The notes beneath the pieces are model-generated. The model saw only the letters and a program-made list of their open reading frames with translations. It was not told the DNA's origin and ran no database searches. A DNA stretch of 63,097 nt, filler included, from Octopus bimaculoides (Eukaryota): assembly GCF_001194135.2 (NCBI RefSeq). It is 8 parts of 7 records of this genome, joined end to end, with 100 filler letters (N's around TTAATTAATTAA, not from the genome) between each part and the next. Parts side by side here need not be neighbours in the genome. Positions count along the whole stretch, not along the records: positions 1 to 11,094 come from NC_068988.1; 7 more parts are not named here. The stretch is one strand, 5' to 3'. This document shows positions 1 through 11,194 of the stretch, one piece after another. The position numbers and the translations under genes were made by a program. Position 1 is the stretch's first letter, and each line of letters opens with the position of its first letter.

Positions 1-150
1 CAGTGCGTAACTGGCACTTAATTTATCGACCCCGAAACGATGAAAGGCAAAGTCGACCTCGGCGGAATTTGAACTCAGAACGTAGCGGCAGACGAAATAC
101 CGCTGAGCACTTCGCCAGGCGTGCTAACGATTCTGCCATCTCGCCGCCCT
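1..150 (+). mobile_element. High-copy SINE-like repeat (family A), 3' part
   Basis: The motif actt(a)atttatcgacccc-gaaa-gatgaaaggcaaagtcgacctcggcggaatttgaactcagaacgtagcggcagacgaaatac...gtgctaacgattctgcca recurs at ~7800, ~27950, ~41960, ~42760, ~45720, ~49070, ~57720 and inverted at ~60230. Confidence 0.8.
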
Positions 151-379
151 ATCTTGTTCTGTTGCTGGTCTTTCAGAGTCTTCTCTTGTTTTTGCCTTTT
201 TCCTCCTTTTGGGGCTGACAAACCCTTCACTCCCCTCACTTGCCGCTTTTGTTCTGTCTTTCTTCGACTCTGCTTATTCCGTATCCCTGGCACACTCCAT
301 ATCACTTTTGCTGTCTCCATCTGTTATCGCTTCAATTAGTACTCCGGTCTCCACTCCTTCTTGGTCCCTCTCCACAGCC

Positions 380-970
380 TTTTCACTCTGAGGAGGCATG
401 TGCTTGGGACGCTGCATCTTCATGTGGCCTCTTATTTCACAATCTTAATTTGGTTGGCATCCCTCAACAATCAGTTTGAGGGAACTCTCTCCTGGAATCT
501 CTATCTGGTAGGGGATCCTTTGAATGTCTTCGAAAGTGGCAAAGAGTCACATCTCGACACTGTACCCCCATCAGTTTAACTTGCTCGTTTTTCCAATTGT
601 TCCTAATTCAGGATTCTCCTTGGTGGTAGCCATAACAGCTGCTACCAACCACTCTGGCTTTATTTCTGGTGGCACCCTTCCAATACGAATGCATACACTT
701 TGCCCACCCCTATATGTGGGCAACAGCGTCACCTTTTTTCAGTGCGTAAAATAGTGGTGGAATGTGAGGCTCTTCTTTGGTGGCAAATCTCACCTCCACT
801 GTACCATATTTCTTTCCTCAGCTAACGAAAGTTGCAGTTTTTATAAGGGGTCCCAAATATTCCTCCACGTCATCTTCCAATAGGATTTCAATTTCATTGG
901 TGGTGACCACTTTGCGTGCAGTACAACACCATCCTATTACTCTTATCCTTGACCATTTCTTCTGGAGGGA
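380..970 (-). pseudogene. Decayed ORF1 (gag-like, degenerate zinc knuckle) of an L1/Tx1-type non-LTR retrotransposon
   Basis: Minus-strand translation with stops and frameshifts gives ...KYGTVEVRFAT..., VTLLPTYRGGQSVCIRIGRVPPEIKPEWLVAAV and IPYQIEIPGESSLKLIVEGCQPN*DCEIRGHMKMQRP. The last resembles the VEG-x-P-x-C-x2-C-x3-GH-x4-CP knuckle of LINE ORF1. Confidence 0.5.
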
Positions 971-1329
971 CTAGGTTTATTGTGTCACCCCCCTTTTGTA
1001 TAAACTGTTCACTTCTTCGTATCTCTTCCATATTCACTTTTATCTGTTTCAGGTCCAACAGTGGAGCTGCTCCTACTGGAGTGGCTTTTGCATAGCCCTC
1101 CTTATTGAGAAATGGATTTTTCAGCCCCGCAATGGGGAGAAAATAGCAAAAAAGACACTCACGTGTGAGTCACTCAACAGTAATCCTTATTAGCAGTGAT
1201 ATGCCACAATTTCAACAATGGACTGTCTCGAAGAGAAAGCCTTCAACATGTAGCAATAATCCAAAGCCGTGGTAAAAAATGACGAAACTCAGAACTCAAA
1301 CAAACAAGTCATTAGTCTGCAACACTAAT

Positions 1330-1652
1330 GTCCTCTCAACGATTAGCCAGAGATGATTTTTAAAATGAGAATATCTGAAATGAACTCGACTGCTCTCACA
1401 AACGAGAATACTAAAAATGAACCCGGCAGCTCTCAAAAATTAAGTAAGAAAAAAACAGGAAAAATAATCCAGAATACTTGTCCAGTACCAGATCAATCCC
1501 AAAATCTAATCAGTTCATGCCAGTCATGAGGTCAAACATCCTTGAAAGTTTCATCCGAATCCATCCAGTGGTTCTAGAGATACCTTGTCCATGGACAAAC
1601 AAACAAACATGACAGAAAACAATACCACTGCCTTAGCTAAGGCGGAGGTAAT
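1330..1652 (+). mobile_element. Probable non-autonomous Helentron/DINE-like element
   Basis: Ends in (CAAA)n, then gaaaacaataccact, a 14-bp palindrome GCCTTAGCTAAGGC (1630-1643) and ggaggtaat. This layout resembles Helentron-associated elements. The 5' boundary is approximate. Confidence 0.35.
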
Positions 1653-1750
1653 AACTGCAAAATCGAAGACCTTAATGTTCTAATCATTCTTTGTCTTTAT
1701 TTAACTTGGTCTTCTATCATAATTCCATTCACATCTATGATGGTTTATAG

Positions 1751-2039
1751 CAGGGGTTCTCAACTATTATTTATCTATGGACCCCTTCAGTTATTATTTT
1801 ATTCTGGTGGACCCCCAAACTCATGTGATATTAAAAAAACTAGTTTTATAGAAACCTCTTTTCAGAATTCCTATTTTGTTTTCCACATGTTAACTTGTGT
1901 AGATTGTACTATGTAAAATGTTAAAGAAAGAAACCTAGCTGTTTCTTGCAATACATACCAATATGTACACCTAAAGTGAAATTTTTTCAAGTGCCCTTAA
2001 AATACTATTTGTTTTGTGGACCCTGATTGAGAACCACTG
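1751..2039 (+). mobile_element. hAT-type MITE with intact 8-bp target-site duplication
   Basis: Termini caggggttctcaa / ttgagaaccactg. Identical GTTTATAG at 1743-1750 and 2040-2047. Confidence 0.9.
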
Positions 2040-2209
2040 GTTTATAGCAATATGAAATCATACACAGTATTTAAGTTGCTGTATTTTACAGTGTTGGGAA
2101 GGAGGGAAAACCAAGTTAGCCTTGCTAGGATTTGAAATTAGAGATGAAACTTAGTGATTTGTGGGCTTTGACACAAAGCTACAACAGGAAGGGAGGGTAT
2201 TGATTCTAC

Positions 2210-2526
2210 CTGGGATTCTAAACCATTTTTTATCTATGGACCCCTTTGATTACTATTTTATTCTGGTGGACACCTCTAACCATTCAATGTTTCAAAACTA
2301 GTTTTATAGCAACTTATTTCAAAATTCCTATTTTGTTGTTTTACATAATTTGTGTAGATTGGACTATGTAAAATGTTAGAGAAAGAAACTTAGCTGTTTC
2401 TGGCAATACATACATTTAAAGCAACATTTTTCAGGGGCCCTTAAAATACTGTTTTGGATCCCCAGATTACTCTTTTGTTATGCAGATCCCCAAAAATCTT
2501 ATATGGACCCCAGTTGAGAACAACTG
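2210..2526 (+). mobile_element. Second, more diverged copy of the same hAT MITE
   Basis: Colinear with 1751-2039 (tatctatggacccc, ttattctggtgga, ctatgtaaaatgtta-agaaagaaac-tagctgtttct-gcaatacatac) and ends gttgagaacaactg. The TSD is not preserved. Confidence 0.8.
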
Positions 2527-2779
2527 GACTAGATGGTCATGACTGGAATCTGCTTGATCTGAACTAATATAAACAACATCTGGTACTTACTTATATCAGT
2601 ATGTGGTTGCTCAACCAGCTAGAAATAGTAGCCAAATTTTCTGTCATATCAAAAGCTGCCAGTTTACCAAATGAAAATTATTGGAAAAACAAATAAAGAT
2701 AGCTACTTAGATTATTTTAAAAGATGGATAGAAATTAAATCTTTATTTATATATCTAAAGCGGCATCTAACAAATCAGC

Positions 2780-3420
2780 TAAATTGTTGAATCCTTCAGT
2801 ATTTTCAGCACTGCTCTACTTTGTTTCTTTGTTAAATATGTATCCATTATGTTAATTTTATATGGTGTTTCTTGAAGTAAACAATAATCTTCATTGCATT
2901 TCTCATTGTTTTAAGCCATATTTTACTGAGAGAACAGCTTCAAGCAAATTTTTTTCAACTTTGCTTTGATGATATTCATGTTACTGAATAACCGTTCTAT
3001 TCCAGCATTTAAATTAACCCTTTAGCATTTTAATTACACTGCCAAATGTTATTGTTTTGAATTGATCATGTATTGTCTCATAGCTTTGAGATGTTGATGA
3101 TGTTATTGTCTATTTTTAGAATGACATTGTAGGATAGGTGTTAGAGGTCGGATCTGGCCACTTTGAACATAAAACAGGAGGCCTATTTTGGCTGGATATT
3201 GCTGGTTTAAATGCTAAAGGGTTAAATATTATTAAATGATTAAGAAAAAAGTTTGGAATATTTCTGAAAGGGTTTTACGCCAGTAACATCTTTAATTTTT
3301 AAAAATTTGACCAAAATGTTTCAGTATTATTAATGTTGGTCCACTTAACCAAATGAATAATATAATTCAGTACTTGCTAGATATTTATTTAAATTCAACT
3401 GATTTCAAAAGTGGAATAAT
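2780..3420 (-). pseudogene. Decayed hAT-like transposase C-terminal (dimerisation) region, interrupted by a piggyBac MITE
   Basis: Minus-strand pieces KWTNINNTETFWS, KDVTGVKPFQK, [MITE], NAGIERLFSNMNIIKAKL and LLEAVLSVKYGLK follow the FW...F...SNAxxERxFSxMNxxK pattern of hAT transposases. Confidence 0.55.
3018..3221. mobile_element. piggyBac-type MITE
   Basis: 13-bp TIRs CCCTTTAGCATTT / AAATGCTAAAGGG, with TTAA at 3014-3017 and 3222-3225. Confidence 0.85.
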
Positions 3421-3499
3421 TAGCCCTTGGTCTTTGCTTGACCTAGGACTACAGTTCTGTCAGTGAGATATTCTGTGGAAAAATGTACCTAATAAAGGG

Positions 3500-5850
3500 T
3501 GACCACATTGCTTATCATCTTGGAATCAATGTGGATGCCACAGCCTATGTGCATTTACAACATGTTGAGCCTTCTGTCCAGAGGATGTTGAAAGCAGAGA
3601 TGGAGCACTTAACCAGTGGAACATCTCCATTCTGCGAGAAGTGAAATAGCATCCGTTCCAACTTGTCAGATGAGAAACATAGCCAAACACAGCAATGATG
3701 GAAGTGATATATGGGTTCACTGCCTCTGATCTTTCAAGGATATCTTCCTCTCTGGTGAAAAATATCTTTCTTTCAACTGAACACCTTGTTTGTAACCTAG
3801 TCTCAGTTTCTATTCACCTGGAGGACTGGATTGAACCAGCTCCAAGCAACTTAGCAGGATTCTCTGTGCAACATCCTGTGATGCTGATTGACTGCGTGAA
3901 CTTGCCTATCCAGGTACCTAGTTGTAAGCTCATCAACTTATCCTGGTTAATTTCTATTCCTGTCAAAGTTCCTTATTCCTTTACAACATTGCTAATTGCC
4001 TTGATTTCCATGATATCAGATACCATTATGTTAACATTGTCCCTATATATCTACATGGCTCTGCTACATGTGAGTTTGAACAAGTTGTTCCTCAACATCT
4101 TCAATCCCTGCAGTAGTGTTTCATGAGTCAGTACATTCAGAAAAGATGGGAGAAACAGTCATGAGGAACTGAGTACCTGATCTGGAACAGTTCCGATACA
4201 TGGCCATTTACTTTGTCCGCCAAGATGTTGCTATACCGTCCCTGAAGACAAAATGCCATCCCTGAAGACAAGATTGAAACCAACTTCCTTGAGAACAGCA
4301 AAAATATAGCAATAATCAACCATATTGATAGCTTTTGATCGATCCAAGTTGATCAGATCTCCATCAATGCCAGATTTTCTATCTGCCCTCTCTGAATGGT
4401 AAGTTTTAGGAGAGAAATAATGTGTCTCAGAGCATGAACCTTAGATGTATCAATGCATCCTTCATGTTTTCCTTTGAAGAAAAGATCAAGAGCCATCCTC
4501 ACCACAAGCATGTGGATTGTGATACTTTTCCCAATCACCACTTTTGATTTACCTCTAATCTATTTTCTCTATCATCAAAGACCAAATTGCGGATTTGTTA
4601 GTTCATTGCACTTCAGCCACTCATGACTATCTTCATGCATAGACTGGATTGTGAAAGTGCAGACATACACCTAGCAGAGCTATGGGTTGGGAGTTAATGA
4701 TTATGCACCCCTTGTTCCTATCTTTCTTTATATCCTCAGTTTACAAAATGAGAGATAGCTTGCTCTGTTACCAGTTGCAGTAGAAGACTGCCAACATGCC
4801 AGCTTTCAAAATTGGCATTCATGTATTAAACTCGCTGAGCAAACCATCCAGATCAAGCAATCTGTGGCTTATACAATGACTTGTATCTTAGTTACAGTTT
4901 TTGACTTTCTGCAACATTTCCTGTCTCTGCTGGAATTCACAGCAAGATCTTGAGGTATGTGTTTAAATCCTCTACACTGTGTCACGCTGAATATCCCTGA
5001 GAACTACGTTAAGGGTACATGTGTCTGTGGAATGCTCAGCCACTTGCACGTTAATTTCACGAGCAGGCTGTTCCGTTGATCGGATCAACTGGAACCCTCG
5101 ACGTCGTAAGCGACGGAGTGCCAACAACACTTCAGCCACTCATGATTATTAAATGGCTTTCATTTCTTTGTGACTTAGAACACGAACCTCAGCTGTGTCA
5201 ATGCACCCTGAAGAACTGATGAAGAGCCATTTTCAGCATTAGCATGTGGGTCATGATACTTTTCTTAATCACCACTTCTAATTTACTCACTAATCCCCCT
5301 CTAATTTATTTTCTCTACCATTATCTCTCTACTAAAGCTAACCAATACTATATTAAATGCCTTCTTTAGTGCACCTCTTCATCAGTTATTAATTGTTCTT
5401 GTCAACTGGTACTCAACTCTAATTCTACTATAATCTCTGTCAGATTTATGCATCAGAAATAATATGTTCAGCTTTCAGTTGGGTCCAGGTCTATGAGTTC
5501 TATCTAAGTTGATCATGCTGATCACAAAATAATGGTCTGTGTAGGCAACCAGTTGAAATTGTGGATATTTTACTCTTTTCTTGTTTACTGATCTAACAAA
5601 TACCCTATCTAGATATGATCTAGATGGCTCAATGAGACAACTCCATGACCACACTGGTACATTCAGGAAATCTAGTCAGCACTTGTCTGACAATTGGAAA
5701 TGTTTAAGCAGGTTTGCAAGGTTTTTCCACCCTTCTATCAGCTAGCCTGACACAATCCCGTTCTCCATCTAAGATGCTGTTCCAGTTGCCTACGAGTACA
5801 AAAGAGTGAGGCATTCCAAAGGCCACTTCCAGATGCTTTTAGAAATCTAG
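3500..5850 (-). pseudogene. Decayed L1/Tx1-clade LINE reverse transcriptase fragments (at least two overlapping pieces, with a SINE inserted)
   Basis: Minus frames give ILADKVNGHVSELFQIRYSVP, then YRDNVNIMVSD (YADD-equivalent position) and TGIEINQDKLMSLQLGTWIGK. Segments near 4510-4630 are repeated near 5130-5320. Many stops; the right boundary is approximate. Confidence 0.65.
4978..5129 (+). mobile_element. 3' tail of a tRNA-derived SINE (family C)
   Basis: tgtcacgctgaatatccc-gagaactacgttaagggtaca-gtgtctgtgga-tgctcagccacttgcacgttaatttcacgagcaggctgttc is near-identical to 40980-41074. An inverted diverged copy lies at ~51145-51255. Confidence 0.75.
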
Positions 5851-7245
5851 ACTCCTCTCAAAGTATGGACAGCCACTGATCTGAAAGTACCATCTTGGCT
5901 ATTGCACACATCCAGGACTTACCATCTGGGTTGAAGAAGATTGTCCCTGACTCAAGATTGAAACCTTTCCAGAACAACACTTCCACTCCTCCTGATCCAG
6001 GCCAGTAAGGAGATATATAGATCTTGTAACCAGGTGTATATGTGTGTGTGTGTGTGTGTAAAATCTTTGCTTTCCGGATTGCTTCCACATATATTTTTAT
6101 TGACCTGAGGTCATTTAGTAGGTAACTTTGTTTCTAAGGTAACCCCAGGCTGCATATGTTCATACTCCCTATTCTGTGTACTCTGAGTAAAGAGAGTTAG
6201 AGCGGTTACTCATATTGGTTTTGGAGAAAACCAGTTTTTCTCACTCTCCTCAAGAGCAGAGTGAGTTTCTAAACAAGCCTGTCTAAGGTTTCTCATTCAC
6301 TTTTTTATAGAAACTCCCAAATTAGCTGGGAAATGAATCTTCAAGCTTTTGTAAAATTTCTTTGTTAATATGAGGTGTGTTTTATTTTTGTGTGTGTTAT
6401 TTGTGGTTGTTGAACTCATCCTCTTCTGTTTGTATTTTAGTTTTAAACAATTTCACATATTCCATAAATACACTGTTGTTTTTGCCAACAAGTGGTAACA
6501 GCTGGGGCTTTATTTGTGTTCTGTTGTTGTGTTTAGGTATGTTCCTGTTGTTGTTGGTGGTGTGGTTGTTGTTGACATGGTGGTAATGATAATGGTGATG
6601 ATAGTAGTGGTTGTAATGGGTGTGATGATGGTGGTAGTGGTAGGAGTGTTTGTGTTGTTGTTGGTGTGGTAGTGGTAATGTTAGTAGAGTTGATTGTGGT
6701 TGTGGTGGCTATGTTATTGTAGGAGTGGTGGTGGTGGTGTTTGTGTTGCTGTTGGTGGTATGGGTGTGTGAGTGTTTGTTGGGTTCTGTCTCTCCTCTTC
6801 CAATCTGTTGGCCCTTTTGCTGAAGCAACGTTGTTTATTCTTATATTTCTTTCACTTTGTCCCCAATGAAGATCCATTCTTATTTCTTTATTGCCCACAA
6901 GGGGCTAAACATAGAGGGGACAAACAAGGACAGACAAAGGAAATCTTTGAATCTTCCAATTTGACTTTGTTGTACAGCAAGTTTTCAAAGCCAAAGCCTG
7001 TGGTAGAGGGAGAAAGGTATACCTGAGTGTGTCTGTGTGTGTGCTTGTGCTCTAGTGGACTGCTGTGGAGAGGATTTCTTTAGGTTGTGTCGGCAAACAC
7101 TGGTGTTGTTTTCCTAGGCTGTGGTGTTAGTGTCAGCTGCTGTTGATGTGGAATTTCCATTGTTTTTCTTTTTAGATGACATTTCTGCTATTGCTGCTAC
7201 TATTATTGGTGTTGTTGCTGATAAGGCAGTGGTGTCAGCAGTGGC

Positions 7246-7278
<33 letters not shown>

Positions 7279-7283
7279 GTGCA

Positions 7284-7334
<51 letters not shown>

Positions 7335-7774
7335 CAGGACTTACAAATATATATAACATACAGAAAATTGCACTGGGTACTGCACACATTCTACGCAAAA
7401 CACTTTCAATACAGTAACCATAAGAGCATCACAGCAAACCACAGCACATACCCAAGGCACACAGAGCTGCGCTCAGTAGTGAAGTGAAAGCACGTTATAA
7501 AAATAAAACTACTGAACAATAATAATAATAACAACAACAACAACAACAACAACAATAATAATAATTTATTGAAAAATATTAGAAGTAACAAAAATTTTGC
7601 TTCAAGAAATAAAGAAATAAGAAAGGAACAGATGATAAAAAGTTCCAGCAAATCAGAGTTTTATAAGATATTTTATATAGATAACAGAAATATTGAAATA
7701 TGAATTAAAATGGTACTTTTAAGACCCTTTTGTAAAATAAAAGTATATAATGTTATATAATATATATGTAATAA

Positions 7775-7955
7775 TATATTGGTTTCAAATTTTGGCACAA
7801 GGCCAGCAATGCTAGTCAATTACATCAACCCCAGTACTCAAACAGTACTTATTTTATTGACCCCAATAGGATGAAAGGCAAAAATCGACCTCAGCAGAAT
7901 TTGAACTCAGAACTAAATACTACTAAGCATTTTGCCCAGAATTCCAACTCACTGC
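7775..7955 (+). mobile_element. SINE-like repeat family A
   Basis: tggtttcaaattttggcacaaggccagcaa...ccccagtactcaa...gatgaaaggcaaaaatcgacctcagcagaatttgaactcagaac matches the copy at 1-150. Confidence 0.75.
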
Positions 7956-8063
7956 TTTAGAATATAACAGAAATATTGAAAAATTGATTTAGATGGTACT
8001 TATAAGAAACTTTTGTAAAATAAAGGTATTTTAATGCAGTATTAAAGTGATAATGAATTAAAA

Positions 8064-8354
8064 GAATGGTTCCTAAAGTGGCCATTACTGCCCCACTTGG
8101 GGTGGGGGAAAGATCCATGGGAACAATTGAAGAAAAGTGGGGGTGATAATGGGGTGGCCATAAAGGGGATGATGGCTGTAAAAACAACAAAATAATGGGT
8201 TAATTAGGTTAAGTTTTTATTTGTGAAATGCAGTTGCTTTGAATTTGCTGCAGAAAGTGGTCTATGTTTGTGGTGGTGAGTGGGAGCAAGGTTGCTAGGA
8301 ATGTGACCCGATTGCAAAGGGGGCAGCAGCTCGAAAATACTTGGAAACCAACTG
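8064..8354. mobile_element. Old hAT-like MITE
   Basis: Degenerate termini gaatggttcctaaagtgg ... ttggaaaccaactg. Flanking 8-mers match at only 5 of 8 positions. Confidence 0.35.
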
Positions 8355-8814
8355 TATTACAGTGATATGCATTGAATTAATATTGTGCTATTAAAAGTGG
8401 TAATGTTGCATAAAAGGGATAATATATTAAAATGATAAAGTATAAAAATGGTGACCCTTTTTTTAAAAGAAATATTGAAAAATTAGTCAAAATGCATATA
8501 TGTGTATATATGCAATTGTATCATCATCATATTCATGTAATGTTAATTTTCCATGCTGGCATGGGTTGGATGGTTTGACAGGATCCAGCAAGCTGCAGGG
8601 CCGTGCCAAGTTACAGTGTTTGCTCTGGTATGGTTTCTATAGCTGGATGCCCTTTCTGGTGCCTTTCTGATACGGTATGTACTGTGTGATTTACTTCATA
8701 CCACTAGCACTTGTGAGGTTGCCAAAGTAACTTGCAAGGCAGATAAAGAACAGGGAAAAAGGGAAGAAAAACAAGGAAAAATGTGTGTGTGTGTGTGATT
8801 ATTCTGACACTGCA

Positions 8815-9918
8815 TACTAATTGTAAACTAGTGTCACCATCATATAAGCAGTGACTCTCATCTCAAATCCTCTGGGAAAATTTCTTCAGCCATGGAGAAA
8901 CACAACCTGGGTTGGAAACGGGTGCAGGTTGGTGACAGAAGCACCCAGCTATTAAAAAGATTTGCCTCAATGAATTCCACCAACACAAATTAGCATGGAA
9001 AAAGTGGACAATAAAACAGTGAAGATGATGATGATAATAATTATATATATATGTACAGATATAATATAATATATGATAAAATATAATATGATATGATATA
9101 ATACACACACACACATGCATATGTATATATACAGGGTGTCCACAAGGTCTGGGTACATGGAGTAAATAAAATCATAACATAAACAATTAAATATAAGAAA
9201 TAATAATTTCTTAAAGTATGTGTTAATCCCTATGTACCCAGACTTTGTGGACACCCTGTACNNNNNNNNNNNNNNNNNNNNNNNNNNNNNNNNNNNNNNN
9301 NNNNNNNNNNNNNNNNNNNNNNNNNNNNNNNNNNNNNNNNNNNNNNNNNNNNNNNNNNNNNNNNNNNNNNNNNNNNNNNNNNNNNNNNNNNNNNNNNNNN
9401 NNNNNNNNNNNNNNNNNNNNNNNNNNNNNNNNNNNNNNNNNNNNNNNNNNNNNNNNNNNNNNNNNNNNNNNNNNNNNNNNNNNNNNNNNNNNNNNNNNNN
9501 NNNNNNNNNNNNNNNNNNNNNNNNNNNNNNNNNNNNNNNNNNNNNNNNNNNNNNNNNNNNNNNNNNNNNNNNNNNNNNNNNNNNNNNNNNNNNNNNNNNN
9601 NNNNNNNNNNNNNNNNNNNNNNNNNNNNNNNNNNNNNNNNNNNNNNNNNNNNNNNNNNNNNNNNNNNNNNNNNNNNNNNNNNNNNNNNNNNNNNNNNNNN
9701 NNNNNNNNNNNNNNNNNNNNNNNNNNNNNNNNNNNNNNNNNNNNNNNNNNNNNNNNNNNNNNNNNNNNNNNNNNNNNNNNNNNNNNNNGTCTTCGCAAGC
9801 CGAGTTTCGTGTCCAATGAAGGAGACGACATTGGCATGGGTGCCAGTCGTCGAATTTAGTTCGATTTCGATTTGTGCATGTGTATGTGTATGTGCTTGTG
9901 CCTCACCGAAAGAGAGAG

Positions 9919-9955
<37 letters not shown>

Positions 9956-10022
9956 CATATATATGTATGTATACACATATATGTGTGTGTGTATTATATC
10001 ATATCATATATTATATTATATA

Positions 10023-10074
<52 letters not shown>

Positions 10075-10300
10075 CATTATCATCATCATCATCTTCACTG
10101 TTTTATTGTCCACTTTTACCATGCTAATTTCTGCCGGTGGAATTCATTGAGGTAGATCTTTTTTGTAGCTGGGTGCTTCTCTTGTCACCATCCTGCACCC
10201 GTTTCCAAGCCAGGTTGTGTTTCTCCACAGCTGAAGAAATTTTCTTAGAGGATTTGAGATGAGAGTCACTGCTTATATGATGGTGACACTCATTTACAAC
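8815..10300. repeat. Inverted duplication with ~320-bp arms (8815-9130 and 9960-10300) around a MITE and an N gap
   Basis: The left arm (gtgtcaccatcatataagcagtgactctcatctcaaatcctct...gaattccacc...aaagtggacaataaaacagtgaagatgatgatgat) is the reverse complement of the right arm, with scattered substitutions. Confidence 0.85.
9132..9258. mobile_element. Tc1/mariner-type MITE (127 bp)
   Basis: 27-bp TIRs CAGGGTGTCCACAA(G/A)GTCTGGGTACAT with one mismatch, flanked by TA at 9130-9131 and 9259-9260. Confidence 0.9.
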
Positions 10301-11138
10301 TATCATGCATTGTCAGAATAATATATATGTAGAGAATCTTGCATGCATGAAGTGGATTCGATCCACTATAACCAAATTTAAATTAACATTGCAACAGAAC
10401 TTTTCCCATGTTGGAACAATAGTTTTTCTCTGACAGCAATTTAATATTTTCCAGATGCCTTTAGCTAGGCTGAAATAATGTCTTCACCACTTGACCCTTT
10501 CTAACCTCTTCTACTCCACTAAAAGCTAGAATAGAGATAACAAGACCACCAACTAAATCTATTGTTCTCAATATGTCTATCCTTCTAGATAGTTATAAAA
10601 ACAAGAAACCCCAAGCAAAAACCAAGTAGTCACTTGGCGACAGCAGTGCGAGGCAGCTCGTGACAACTCAATTAGTTTGGGAATGGACTGCTATAATCGT
10701 GACTACAACGAATGCAGCTACTAAGAAAATAGTCAACGAGAGAACCGAAGTTTACTGTCAGCAACTGTGAGGCAACGTTCCACACCCTACAAACTCATAC
10801 TAGCTCTAATTCTATTCTCTTACACCAATATCTCTCTCTGTGGATTACTGCTAAACAATGAAGAGGACACAAACACGAGCTTTACTTCGCATGTTTATGG
10901 ATCTATTATAACTTGCCTGTCGTGGTAAAGTATTGTAACGTAACGGTAAATAAATATTTTCTTAAACTTTATGCATTGTTCATCTTTCCCATCCTACAAC
11001 ATGCTGCAATTATAACGACAAATCTTACCTGTTACAATTGGTAACTACACAAAATTAATATCGTTACATATATATATATATATATATATATATANNNNNN
11101 NNNNNNNNNNNNNNNNNNNNNNNNNNNNNNNNNNNNNN

Positions 11139-11150
11139 TTAATTAATTAA
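11139..11150. other. Assembly linker TTAATTAATTAA inside a 100-nt N spacer (also at 26694, 41119, 42277, 57370, 59736, 61346)
   Basis: Each copy has exactly 44 N on both sides. The 12-mer places stop codons in all six frames. It is an artificial joint. Confidence 0.95.
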
Positions 11151-11194
11151 NNNNNNNNNNNNNNNNNNNNNNNNNNNNNNNNNNNNNNNNNNNN

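Noticed and set aside
7114-7651. Poly-Y/I/L ORFs that look like membrane proteins (also 38662, 39261, 46077, 56379)
   Set aside because: They are translations of (TAA)n, (CAA)n and (GTT)n microsatellites.
9220-9976. ORFs made mostly of X (also at 28859, 33191, 36052, 37253, 54550, 58356 and others)
   Set aside because: They are read-through of N gaps, not coding evidence.
10620-11010. Possible solo LTR
   Set aside because: Composition and a late AATAAA are suggestive, but TG...CA ends and a TSD could not be defined.
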